Source: Nitrososphaerota archaeon
GTDB taxonomy: Archaea; Thermoproteota; Nitrososphaeria; Conexivisphaerales; DTJL01
Direction of reading: 5' to 3'
Assembly: GCA_021324115.1 (NCBI GenBank)
Contig: JAJPJS010000016.1
Location: 76,376 to 140,375, forward strand
DNA length: 64,000 nucleotides
The notes beneath the pieces were generated by a model. The model was not told where the DNA came from and made no database searches. It saw nothing but the letters and a program-made list of their open reading frames with translations. A program made the translations under genes and the position numbers. Positions 19,128-28,054 of this stretch are shown here, piece after piece. Position 1 is the stretch's first letter, and each line of letters begins with the position of its first letter.

Positions 19128-20163
19128 GTAAATATTAATTACAATAATCATATAAATAAACTTTTTAGTTATTTGCAGGAATTATCTACTCAAACACTTT
19201 TGGCTACTTACGCCGGTCTGCTCCATGACCTTGAGTCTGTTTACAATATCACCAACTGAGGAACCTAACCAAGTCATTCCTCTCCGAAAACCTATCCCTC
19301 CTCCTCAATAAACGGCTGGTCTTAAAGGAGGGAAACAGGCTCTCCGCAGATACATCTTTACAGCCGAAGGGATGACAGAAGCGATCCTTATTATTGAGCC
19401 TGGAGGGATGAGGAGTGAAGGAGATCTTCACCTTGCTGAAGAGTCCGTTGACACCTGCGAGGCCCTCGGGAGGGATCTGAAGGGGGAGGGTCGCCTTCTC
19501 ACATAATCCGTTCGCAATGTCCTTCTTCACGCTCTTCCGAGCCGACCGGCACCCTCGAAAATCCTCCTAAAGGGTGAGCGCAAAGGCGGTCTTTTTCGAC
19601 CTAAAAGCTGGGCCCCGAAGGAAGAGATCGTCATCCCTCAAGAGAGCAGAGAGTGCCATGTCTTTCTGGTCTCCATCTACGTCGGCGGCGTGTTCCCCGA
19701 AGAGGAGGAACCGCTTGAAATGTTAAGGGTGAGGATAGAGTCGATCCTAGATTCCAAGCTCACAGAAAAGATCTGCTTGCCCAAACCTGCTCCCTCCTCT
19801 ATTGCTGCTGACATACTAAAGTCTGCTTGTCAGGGCCGGCAAGTCTGGGCTTTAAACCCGTCGGGAAAGGAGCCTACGATAGTAGTGGAGCATAAATACT
19901 CAGCCGGCGTTCAAAGTGGTTGTCTTGATGTAAACTGCGAACGAAAGAAACAGGTTCCATACGGATATAGGTGTGGGCTGGAGGACGACTCGACTATAAT
20001 AATTGCGGCAGTAGTCCAGAAACCATAAGATTGGGTGGGATTAAGGCAAGCGGCTGATGACCATAGAAGCTTGAGGCCATAGATCAAGTGTTTCTCGGAA
20101 GAGAATCGGGATTTGACCGTGTTCCGCAGACTGCTTGAGAATATGACGCCAAAAGGTTAAAGT

Positions 20164-22374
20164 GTGAATTTCAGATTCACTTACATGAGCTTCGACTTCA
20201 AAACATTTAAGTGGCAAATCTCTCCTTTTCAGAATTATCCAGGTGAGGGAGAAGTGAACCGGCTCTGCCGCATATGGGGAGCGACCGTCTTACTATTGTT
20301 GCTGCCTTTATCTGGTGTTGTAGTTCCACACGCCACGTCTGCCTCGCCTATTGTCGTGGGAACAAACATTAATCAATGCGGTTCTGGTCTCTCTTCCTGT
20401 GCGGTCACAGTTCCTAGCGGTGGAACAACATACATGTATGGAGCAACAGAAGGGGGCTCGTACAACATCGCGGCAATCAACTTTAACCAGGACGTGGCTG
20501 AGACGAACCAACAAAACCTACAGAGCGTAGTGATCGGTCACTCCTCAAGCAATACCGGAACATTCAACCCGGGAGGAGCACTGTATCCAATCATTGGCGG
20601 AATAGGGGTCACTTCCAGCCCAATTCAGACCTTCACATTCGCAAACAAGGGCGCTGGAAGCATATCAGGGACGTTCACTCTCAATCAGGATTCGCTTGTG
20701 GTCCTCGTAGCAGCATCCTCACAAAACAATGCTCCAGCTACAATTTCGAGCCCATTCACGGTTGACCAGCAGATGACCAATACAAATTGCAACTACGGTG
20801 TGGGTTGCGGCAGTGTGGTGTTGGCGCACGGTTCATTTTCATCAGGGCTTCAATCTTTCAGTTTGACACTAGTGTCAAGCTATGGTCTGTACGACCCGAC
20901 ATCTGCGGCGATTGGGGTGGTGCTCTACGTCTTCTCTACTACGCCTAATCTGCCGCCCACCGCCACATTGTCTTTTCCAAGCGGCGAGCCATTACTGGGT
21001 CAACAGTACAATGTCGAGGTCACCATTACGAATCCCAATCCTGTTCCTGAAACCTATAGTATCTCTGTGACTCAGGATTGTGGAGCATGCACGCTGCAGG
21101 GATCCCTAAATTGGCCATCGTGGGAAGACTTTCTTGGGCTCCCGAGTCAATGGCCCACCAACCCTGGATGTTCGGGAAGTTCTAGTTCCACTACGCCGGG
21201 GGCACTCTCTGTTCCTCTATGCTCCGACTCTCCCCAAAGTGTTACGGTCGCAGCTGGAGGCACGAGCACTCTGACCTTTTCCTTCACAAACACTTGGGCT
21301 TGGATTGCTCCCTTCAAAGCCACCACCATAATAGGTGAGGTTCTCAGTGCACTCATCGAGAATGGCGCTCCTGATTGGGCAACAATTGGGAACGTTCTGC
21401 TCGGGGGCACCGCGACTGTATTCACAGAGCAGTTCCATTTCAACGTACTGTCAAGTGGGAATAGCATCGGATGCTATGAGGGCCTGTCCAGCACCTGCTA
21501 TGAAACGGTGACAGTCCCGTATACTAAATTGGCGGCTTTTGGAGTAAGTCTTGCTGCCGGTGCAAGTGACGGAGACATGACCTTGGCTGGCATTTATCTT
21601 TGTGTGACCGGCCTTGGCTGCTCCGTGGGAGGTCCGGCGATATTGGTCCAGGCAGGACTGATAGCAACTCAAAGCATATCATATGCTGCTGCCGCAGACC
21701 CTAGCCAGGACTACACAACTGTGGTTGTGCCTGCACCAATGACTTTGGCCAATGGGACAAAGTTCGTCGACCTTCCTTCTGTGTTGTCAGCGCCCCCTCA
21801 ATGGAGGAGCGCGCTGGATACATTCGCACAATTCTATTCGTATAACAATGCTACAGCCATTTCTGAGGAACGGTATTATGGAGCGCTCGCTGTCGGAGCT
21901 GATACTTATGCGAATATTCAGCTTCAAGCTATCTTGAGCTATTCTTCGACCAGGAATAGCTACATGTCCTCTTTTTCAAATCAGCTTGGACCACTGTTGT
22001 CGGAGCTGCCGACGCTGAACTCATCAGAGCTCCAATCTGTAGACAACTACCTGAACACCAACGGTCTTCCCCCTGAGGAGGTCCAAGTTTTGGACGGTTT
22101 GGGCTTGGGAAGTTCGGTGCCAGGAGTACTAAAGGGCGATTTGGGGTACAATGTCACGACTCTTAATAGCGTACCTGAGAGTACCGAGCTGAGTTTGATG
22201 CTGCAATCACTTGTCAATGAAGCAAATGCTTGGAACTCGTTGGTGACTCAACCCACCGGAGTGCCAGAGTTCCCTACAGGACTCTTCGCCCTGCCCGTGG
22301 TTGCGGTACCGCTCATAGTGGCATTTAAATCGAGGCGGGCTAAGCGCCATAGGTTCTCTGGGTCTGCTAATTGA
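20164..22374 (+). CDS. large secreted surface protein with PEF-CTERM-like anchor
   Basis: 736 aa. A signal-like segment (RIWGATVLLLLLPLSGVVVPHATSA) is followed by a Ser/Thr/Gly/Asn-rich body with many N-x-S/T sequons. The C-terminus is GVPEFPTGLFALPVVAVPLIVAFKSRRAKRH. The start is uncertain (GTG 20164 or ATG 20185). Confidence 0.7.
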   Translation: MNFRFTYMSFDFKTFKWQISPFQNYPGEGEVNRLCRIWGATVLLLLLPLSGVVVPHATSASPIVVGTNINQCGSGLSSCAVTVPSGGTTYMYGATEGGSYNIAAINFNQDVAETNQQNLQSVVIGHSSSNTGTFNPGGALYPIIGGIGVTSSPIQTFTFANKGAGSISGTFTLNQDSLVVLVAASSQNNAPATISSPFTVDQQMTNTNCNYGVGCGSVVLAHGSFSSGLQSFSLTLVSSYGLYDPTSAAIGVVLYVFSTTPNLPPTATLSFPSGEPLLGQQYNVEVTITNPNPVPETYSISVTQDCGACTLQGSLNWPSWEDFLGLPSQWPTNPGCSGSSSSTTPGALSVPLCSDSPQSVTVAAGGTSTLTFSFTNTWAWIAPFKATTIIGEVLSALIENGAPDWATIGNVLLGGTATVFTEQFHFNVLSSGNSIGCYEGLSSTCYETVTVPYTKLAAFGVSLAAGASDGDMTLAGIYLCVTGLGCSVGGPAILVQAGLIATQSISYAAAADPSQDYTTVVVPAPMTLANGTKFVDLPSVLSAPPQWRSALDTFAQFYSYNNATAISEERYYGALAVGADTYANIQLQAILSYSSTRNSYMSSFSNQLGPLLSELPTLNSSELQSVDNYLNTNGLPPEEVQVLDGLGLGSSVPGVLKGDLGYNVTTLNSVPESTELSLMLQSLVNEANAWNSLVTQPTGVPEFPTGLFALPVVAVPLIVAFKSRRAKRHRFSGSAN

Positions 22375-22487
22375 ACTACTCACCGCTTCGGCGCTGAGAA
22401 GCCGTTGCGCCCAGCTTGAGTTCTTTTTGAATTGTCCACAAGTTCCCAATAATGATATCTTTATTTCATCTAGGACAGATCTCCATA

Positions 22488-22715
22488 TTATCTTCTCAAA
22501 GTCGAGTATATCGTCCCCTTCTCTTTCTCCAGCATCTCAAGATACAGGAACGCCCTCTTCTTCGCAACATCTCTTGGCAGAGTGTCGGGCTCGGAAAGGA
22601 CTAACCTCCTGACAAGCGAGTTCTCGGGTAGTTCGGAGTAAATCTCGTTCATTCTTGCGAAGCTGACGAGCTCCCTACCCGCAGAAGCCCGCCCTTCTTG
22701 CTGTGCGACAACCAC
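22488..22715 (-). CDS. hypothetical small protein
   Basis: 75-aa ORF with a GTG start; the internal ATG would give the 54-aa product MNEIYSELPENSLVRRL.... It is the last of three same-strand small ORFs. Confidence 0.35.
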   Translation of the reverse strand: MVVAQQEGRASAGRELVSFARMNEIYSELPENSLVRRLVLSEPDTLPRDVAKKRAFLYLEMLEKEKGTIYSTLRR

Positions 22716-22719
22716 TTAG

Positions 22720-23151
22720 TCACCTGAAGCCCGTGAACCTTGAGAGATTCATTTCCTTGTTCCTCTGTATCGTGATTATCTGCTGCTCCGAGCCTATCTG
22801 TCTTGGGATCTCCCTGAGCACGACCGAGCCGGGATTCAGAGTTGTGCCATGCACTCCCAGCTCGTCTCCAATTATTTGTTTGGCCAATGTTACTCTCACC
22901 CTGATGATACCTGCTACTATCTCCTCTTCGTGATCGTCATCCAAGTCCGGAGCGGGACCATTCTCAGGACTAGAAGGGTTCGAAGGACTGGCGTTCGGCT
23001 TCCTTGCACATCTTGCTCTGGCCTTTGAGGTTAGCTCATCGAGCTTTGCTCTCGCCTGATCAAAGTTCATATTGTCTATTTCGCTATCTGGAATCTTGAA
23101 GTGCTTTAGCGCCCCTATCATTCTCCCTGTTGGTTTTCTTGTTGCATCCAT
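22720..23151 (-). CDS. hypothetical protein with acidic/Pro-rich linker
   Basis: 143 aa; no motif recognised. It is co-directional with the flanking small ORFs. Confidence 0.45.
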   Translation of the reverse strand: MDATRKPTGRMIGALKHFKIPDSEIDNMNFDQARAKLDELTSKARARCARKPNASPSNPSSPENGPAPDLDDDHEEEIVAGIIRVRVTLAKQIIGDELGVHGTTLNPGSVVLREIPRQIGSEQQIITIQRNKEMNLSRFTGFR

Positions 23152-23182
23152 TTATTCACCGAATATGATACACAGACTTAGT

Positions 23183-23404
23183 TTAAGAATAAAGTAGTTT
23201 GTCGTCATCAGGCGAATCCAAGACCTTCCGAAATACGATTCTCCATTGGTCTCCTTTCTCGTCCAACCTATGGAATAGTTTTGTTACCGTTCGACCTCCT
23301 GTGAAGTTCGCACCCCTCGACAGATCACCATAATCAACTCCGAGTTCATTCCAGAATTCTACGCGCGAAAAGGTCATAACGTTCGGGTCAAGACCGAAAT
23401 TCAT
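23183..23404 (-). CDS. hypothetical small protein
   Basis: 73 aa. Its ATG lies immediately downstream of the structured non-coding segment. Confidence 0.4.
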   Translation of the reverse strand: MNFGLDPNVMTFSRVEFWNELGVDYGDLSRGANFTGGRTVTKLFHRLDEKGDQWRIVFRKVLDSPDDDKLLYS

Positions 23405-23430
23405 AAGTTTGATGCTTTAGTGGTGTCCAG

Positions 23431-23706
23431 CAGACGAAAACCCAGTCTACTCTTGACCACCCCAATGCCCCTTCCACGCATGGGCACCTCTTTAGGGTTA
23501 GCCTCCTCGTTTAGATGGAACGCATTTCGGTCCCCCTTCGGACCAACCTAACCAATGTAGTGGTTGAGCACCCGTAGCCTACAGCATGTAGGTCTGGAGC
23601 ATCAGGGGGAAATCCTTGTTTAAGAAGCAAGGATCATCTTGCATTTCTCCGAGGAAGAATCCGGCTTCTCGCCAGGGACCCGGACCAGCGTCCCCATCGT
23701 CTAGTC
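23431..23706 (-). ncRNA. candidate structured RNA (unassigned family) or long structured 5' leader
   Basis: Read on the minus strand, there are closing pairs AGACGA/UCGUCU, a long-range helix CUUCCUCG/CGAGGAGG, and several hairpins: GGUCCGG-N15-CCGGAUU, GAUCCUUG-N9-CAAGGAUU, CCUACA-UGC-UGUAGG, AACCA-N6-UGGUU, GGUCC-GAAGGG-GGACC, UGCCC-N10-GGGCA. Several G-U pairs exist only on the minus strand. It lies in a 550-bp ORF-free gap. Confidence 0.45.
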
Positions 23707-23953
23707 TTACCCTTCTAGAAATTTGCGACGTTTCCCTGCTCTTGCTCGTGCGTTTTGTCTAGTGTAGCGTCTACCATCCACTACGTCGTACCTGAATTCT
23801 GTAAATGTTCCATTCAATCTGGTACAACTAAATATTCTTGACGGTTATATGATTTTACAATGGAATCGCATTGTTTGGGGATTTTTGTTTGCCTTGTCGG
23901 TCGTGCTAGCGATTTTGAGTGTTATGAATATCGGGCTATAGAGTGATTGTCCA

Positions 23954-24589
23954 TCACATAAGAGTGTCGGTAATGACTAGTGCTCTATGACATCTTTGTG
24001 TAACTATTCCTTTTTTGGGCCCAAAAAGCGTAATCGTCAGGTCCGCTTCGACTGCACATTCTCCGCCTTTCCCCGTATCGGGATCCAAGCCGGATGGTAT
24101 ATCTATGGAAACTTTGAGTGCACTGCTTTTATTCATTAATTCAATAGCCGTAGAAAACGGCTCCCGTATTGGATGACGTACCCCGGTCCCAAAAATTCCG
24201 TCCAATATTATGTCAGCATTTTCAAATTTGTGTTTGAGGTCATTTAACTCCTCTTTGGTGCGCACTGTGATATGGTGAAGTTTCATACGCTTGGCGATTT
24301 CCCACTGTTGACGTGCTTCATCAGTTTTGATTTCTTCAGGCTGACCTAATAATAAAACGGTGACTTTTGAGAATTTTTCCAGATGCCGGGCAGCTACGAG
24401 TGCATCCCCCCCATTGTTTCCGAGACCGCAAACGACAAGGATGTCCGGCCGAAAAGCTGGATCGTAAATCCTTTTCACCAAGTCGGACACCGCCTTGCCA
24501 GCATTTTCCATGAGAAGTAATCGCGTAACACCGTACTTTTCAGCCTGGCTCTCCAGTTCCCTTATTTGGGTGGAGGTGTAGACCTTCAT
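23954..24589 (-). CDS. NAD(P)H-hydrate epimerase (stand-alone YjeF N-terminal domain)
   Basis: 211 aa: MKVYTSTQIRELESQAEKYGVTRLLLMENAGKAV...ILVVCGLGNNGGDALVAARHL...DGIFGTG. Confidence 0.8.
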   Translation of the reverse strand: MKVYTSTQIRELESQAEKYGVTRLLLMENAGKAVSDLVKRIYDPAFRPDILVVCGLGNNGGDALVAARHLEKFSKVTVLLLGQPEEIKTDEARQQWEIAKRMKLHHITVRTKEELNDLKHKFENADIILDGIFGTGVRHPIREPFSTAIELMNKSSALKVSIDIPSGLDPDTGKGGECAVEADLTITLFGPKKGIVTQRCHRALVITDTLM

Positions 24590-24705
24590 ATTGATTATTA
24601 CGATACCCGTAAAGACATTTATTAAGAGTTATTTCACTGTAAATTGAAATCCAACTGGGATTGAGTTCTTCGAGCTGATTGACACATGGCGCACTGGGAT
24701 GCGAA

Positions 24706-25371
24706 TCAGAGCGAAAGCGGCCCGTTTCTGAAGACCTTTTCTGCCAGTGAAGTTAGTTTTTCTAGCAGACGCATAACATATTTTTCCAAGATGAATATCC
24801 CGATGGAAGCAATCCCTACTCCTAGAAAGATGCCAGAAATAACATCTGTCGGATAGTGGGCGCCTACGTATACCCTTGAGTAGCATACTAGAGCTGCCTC
24901 AATAATAAATATCAAGGATGTTGCCTTATTCTTGAATTTGAAATAAGTAAAAGCCGCGCCTACTGCCACTATTAGAGCATGGCCGGATGGAAAAGAAGAA
25001 TCAGTGTCTGTTGGAACCCTCAGGATAATGTTATCCAGCGTTACAAACGGTCTCGGCCTGTATACCAGGACCTTGAGTATCTCGCCAAAGACGATTCCAG
25101 CCAAAAAGAGCCCAGCTAGTTCGAAAGCAAGGAGCTTCGTGTTTCTATTACCCAGTAAAAGCATCAGAGCTACTACGGGTATCCAAAAGTACTCTCTTCC
25201 ATAATTTGAGAAGATCACCATAATGGTAGTGAAGGTAGCGATGGGGGTAGAATGGTTGATTAGAATTGCAACCTGTGCGTCATACTGCTGGATCACACCT
25301 GAGAAAATCAGGAGCCCGACTATAACAAAGAAAAGTATCGATAGAGCTCCTGCAATCAACCTGAAATTCAT
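24706..25371 (-). CDS. PAP2-family membrane phosphatase
   Basis: The tripartite PAP2 motif is present: KVLVYRPRP ... FPSGHA ... SRVYVGAHYPTDV. The ORF is open to 25479; the ATG at 25371 (MNFRLIAGALS) precedes the first TM. Confidence 0.8.
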   Translation of the reverse strand: MNFRLIAGALSILFFVIVGLLIFSGVIQQYDAQVAILINHSTPIATFTTIMVIFSNYGREYFWIPVVALMLLLGNRNTKLLAFELAGLFLAGIVFGEILKVLVYRPRPFVTLDNIILRVPTDTDSSFPSGHALIVAVGAAFTYFKFKNKATSLIFIIEAALVCYSRVYVGAHYPTDVISGIFLGVGIASIGIFILEKYVMRLLEKLTSLAEKVFRNGPLSL

Positions 25372-25515
25372 TTCAATATCTTGCCGATCACATCGGCCGC
25401 CATACTTCGCTGTAATATTGCTTTCGACCATCAGAAAATGGATAACGTCATGCGAAGTCATCCAAAGAGCTACCTTCACTTCTTCGTTGGCTCTTGAAGA
25501 TTTGAACTTCCAACT

Positions 25516-26544
25516 CTACTGTGAATAGTAATCTGCAAGCGCCCAGAAAGATTCTTTCGGTTCCCAAGGCATGGCAGGGTAGGTCCTGCCGATGCCCGTC
25601 GCATAGCTTTTGACCAGGCTGTAGCTGGACATGTCTAGGTCAAACCTGGGATTGTCATCGTATGTGTATATGGGGGAAACAAATGTATTTACAAAGGTCC
25701 CCTCAACACCGGCACGGTCCAGTTCTGTCAGCTGATCGACAAGCAGTCTGGCCTGCATCGCCTCATCTCGTTCATGATTTCCAACAGTTACGGGACGGAA
25801 AAATTTCCGGAGAATTGGTTTTGTGTGCAACACGAGTGATCTGTTATTCACTATGTCGTCATCTCCGGTAATACCTGATGAATCATCATCTTTGTAAGTC
25901 CTGAACCCGAACTCAGTTATCACTACCGGCTTTCCTGAAGAGATATGTGGGCGAAGAAGTTCGATGTATCTGTCTCTGATTTCTTTCACCATATAGTGGT
26001 CGACACCTACAAAATCAAATCTGCTCCAGTCTACAGATTCCCAAATGAGAGAGGCATAAGTGATCTTGCCACTGAACACCTTTCTTACAGATTGTGCGAG
26101 CCGCGTGAGGTATTCATTGAGCAGTTCATTGTGCCGACCACTTTTTACGGCCTCCCAGTTTTTGGGGTTCTTCATCCTCTGTGCAAAATTCCTGCCCTCA
26201 AGAATCCCCCTCATAAGCAGTGTAAGCTCTGACCCCAAGCTAAGCACCACTTTGCCTCCGAGCGACTGGGCCATCTTCGCCGCTTCGAGGATATACCGCG
26301 AAGTTATGGAGGGAGGTTTGTCCCACATCTCTGGTGATAACCAGACTTCGAGGCCATTTTTCAGAGCCTCATTGGAGGCGGCCAGAAGCCTCCCCAAATC
26401 GAGCCCACAAATTCGAATCGCATTACAGTGAAGATCATTCTTTATGATACTAAGCTCATTCTTTACCACACTTATGTCAAAGTTCGGGCGCATGTTTATC
26501 CCCATCACCCTTCCTACATCATAGCAAACACCCTTTATGTTCAA
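25516..26544 (-). CDS. (beta/alpha)8 glycoside-hydrolase-like protein (clan GH-A type)
   Basis: 342 aa. VVITEFGF resembles the clan-A nucleophile strand and LSLGSELT is a possible acid/base strand. There is no signal peptide. Confidence 0.5.
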   Translation of the reverse strand: MNIKGVCYDVGRVMGINMRPNFDISVVKNELSIIKNDLHCNAIRICGLDLGRLLAASNEALKNGLEVWLSPEMWDKPPSITSRYILEAAKMAQSLGGKVVLSLGSELTLLMRGILEGRNFAQRMKNPKNWEAVKSGRHNELLNEYLTRLAQSVRKVFSGKITYASLIWESVDWSRFDFVGVDHYMVKEIRDRYIELLRPHISSGKPVVITEFGFRTYKDDDSSGITGDDDIVNNRSLVLHTKPILRKFFRPVTVGNHERDEAMQARLLVDQLTELDRAGVEGTFVNTFVSPIYTYDDNPRFDLDMSSYSLVKSYATGIGRTYPAMPWEPKESFWALADYYSQ

Positions 26545-26756
26545 ATCAGCACCCCTCTGCTTCCATCAACAACACCACCGTGAAACTCGGTTCTATCTCT
26601 ATCCTCCAGCGATGCTTGAGCGAGTGTAAGTGGGTGAAATATAATCTGGTCCAGGGAGATAGGCTCATCACCTTCCCCTTTCCAGAATTTTGACATAGTT
26701 GTTCCTTTGAACAAGGTGTCTTCACAATCCTGATTGACACTTACCATTGCCTGCAC
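26541..26756 (-). CDS. hypothetical small protein
   Basis: 71 aa. Its stop overlaps the start of the downstream GH-like gene by 4 nt. A competing ORF exists in another frame. Confidence 0.3.
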   Translation of the reverse strand: MQAMVSVNQDCEDTLFKGTTMSKFWKGEGDEPISLDQIIFHPLTLAQASLEDRDRTEFHGGVVDGSRGVLI

Positions 26757-26798
26757 TAGATGACAGTGGAAACAAGGTTATATGCTTGTAACTAATTC

Positions 26799-27275
26799 AT
26801 GACCCGGAGGACATTGGCAAATATGAGTTCCAACGAAGGGGAGGAAAGGCCTAGGGTCGAGGCTGAGCTTATGGAAAATTACCGCTTCAAGATTTCCTTT
26901 CCAGGTACCGAAAGCGGGTCCATCACAATGGATGAGCCACCCCCGCTCGGTAAACTTGCAGGTCCGAACGCATCCAGAATCCTTGTGGCTGCCGTTGTCA
27001 ACTGTCTCAGCGCAAGCTTGCTTTTCTGTCTAAGGAAATCCAAGGTCGATGTCATGGGTCTTAAGGCAGAAGCAGAACCGTTCGTCGAACGTAACAAGGA
27101 CGGATACTGGAGGGTGACAAGGATAGACGTAAAGATTACCCCGGAGCTTCCCTCCACGGCAGACCAATCACGCATAACAAGATGTCTGGATATTTTTGAG
27201 AACTACTGCGTCGTAACCGGTGCCATAAGGCAGGGAGTCAAGGTGAATGTGACGGTCAATACAAAGAGCATCTGA
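26799..27275 (+). CDS. OsmC/Ohr-family peroxiredoxin-like protein
   Basis: 158 aa with an OsmC-like pattern (AAVVNCLSASLLFCLRK ... FENYCVVTGAIRQGV), including the two conserved Cys regions. Confidence 0.7.
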   Translation: MTRRTLANMSSNEGEERPRVEAELMENYRFKISFPGTESGSITMDEPPPLGKLAGPNASRILVAAVVNCLSASLLFCLRKSKVDVMGLKAEAEPFVERNKDGYWRVTRIDVKITPELPSTADQSRITRCLDIFENYCVVTGAIRQGVKVNVTVNTKSI

Positions 27276-27412
27276 GATACTGCTCAGCGCATATGTCTGT
27301 ATGCCGACGAAAACCAAGCTATTATCAACGAATACATACTATGTACATTTGTACACGCTTTCCAACTTGTGTACAGCGGCCCCTATATATCTCCGGTCCA
27401 GAGAATTCGGTC

Positions 27413-28054
27413 ATGAATACCGAAAATATCGCTATCATTCTGATGATCGTCCTCATTTCCACCTTTGCCGGAGTTATGACCCAAACAGCATTGAATGCAG
27501 ATATTGGCAAGTCTCCATCGAATGGTTCTGCATCAACTTCTGGCGCTGCTGCAAATGGCGCTTCTTCCCCGTACCAGCTGACGCTGGTAATTGCCAACAA
27601 TGTGCCGTACGGCAGCAGCAGCAATGACACGCAGCCCAGGTATTATGTCATGACAGCAAATGGCCTTGCCTCATCCGCGAGTATCACAGTTCCGGCGCAC
27701 AGACTCATCAAACTCACCATAATCAACTATGACGATGGCACAGACAACATACCCGATCAGTTCCTCAATGTCACAGGTGTCCTAAATGAAACAGTCACCC
27801 CTACCGTGGGTAACACCTCAACCTACCAGCTGCGGTCGATTCCTCAGGGCGATGATTCGCACACCTTCACCATCACCAGCCTGGGGGTGAACATAATCGT
27901 GCCACCCACTTCGATTGTCACCACATACCTTGAGTTTAATCAAACTGGCACCTTCTCCTGGCAATGTTACAACCCCTGCGGCCTCGGCCAAACAGGGTGG
28001 GGAGGAGCCATGTCCACCGCAGGCTGGATGAGCGGGCACATCACAGTTGTCTGA
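27413..28054 (+). CDS. membrane-anchored cupredoxin-fold protein (COX2/CuA-like, atypical ligands)
   Basis: An N-terminal TM (MNTENIAIILMIVLISTFAGV) is followed by a C-terminal DDSHTFTITSLGVNIIVPP...GTFSWQCYNPCGLGQTGWGGAMSTAGWMSGHITVV, which resembles the COX2 DxxHSF...C-x3-C...M layout. Confidence 0.55.
   Translation: MNTENIAIILMIVLISTFAGVMTQTALNADIGKSPSNGSASTSGAAANGASSPYQLTLVIANNVPYGSSSNDTQPRYYVMTANGLASSASITVPAHRLIKLTIINYDDGTDNIPDQFLNVTGVLNETVTPTVGNTSTYQLRSIPQGDDSHTFTITSLGVNIIVPPTSIVTTYLEFNQTGTFSWQCYNPCGLGQTGWGGAMSTAGWMSGHITVV

Noticed and set aside
19249-20028. ORFs 19249-19530 (-) and 19690-20028 (+) as real genes. I also noted an in-frame TAG upstream of the minus ORF.
   Set aside because: They have no motifs and sit in a gene-poor stretch. 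The plus frame is open from 19507 but has no start until 19690, which looks like a gene remnant. The minus frame extends only about 50 codons beyond the TAG before a TAA, so readthrough or pyrrolysine is not supported.
23405-23800. Assignment of the structured segment as archaeal RNase P RNA or SRP (7S) RNA.
   Set aside because: GUCCGGG and a 3' ACUGGGUU hinted at the P4 helix. However, the universal CR-I GAGGAAAGUCC is absent, and there is no room for P2/P3 between the closing helix and that motif. For SRP, the GGUCC-GAAG(GG)-GGACC hairpin lacks the helix-8 GGAAGCAGC-type loop motif, and an extra 3' hairpin does not fit. I left it unassigned.
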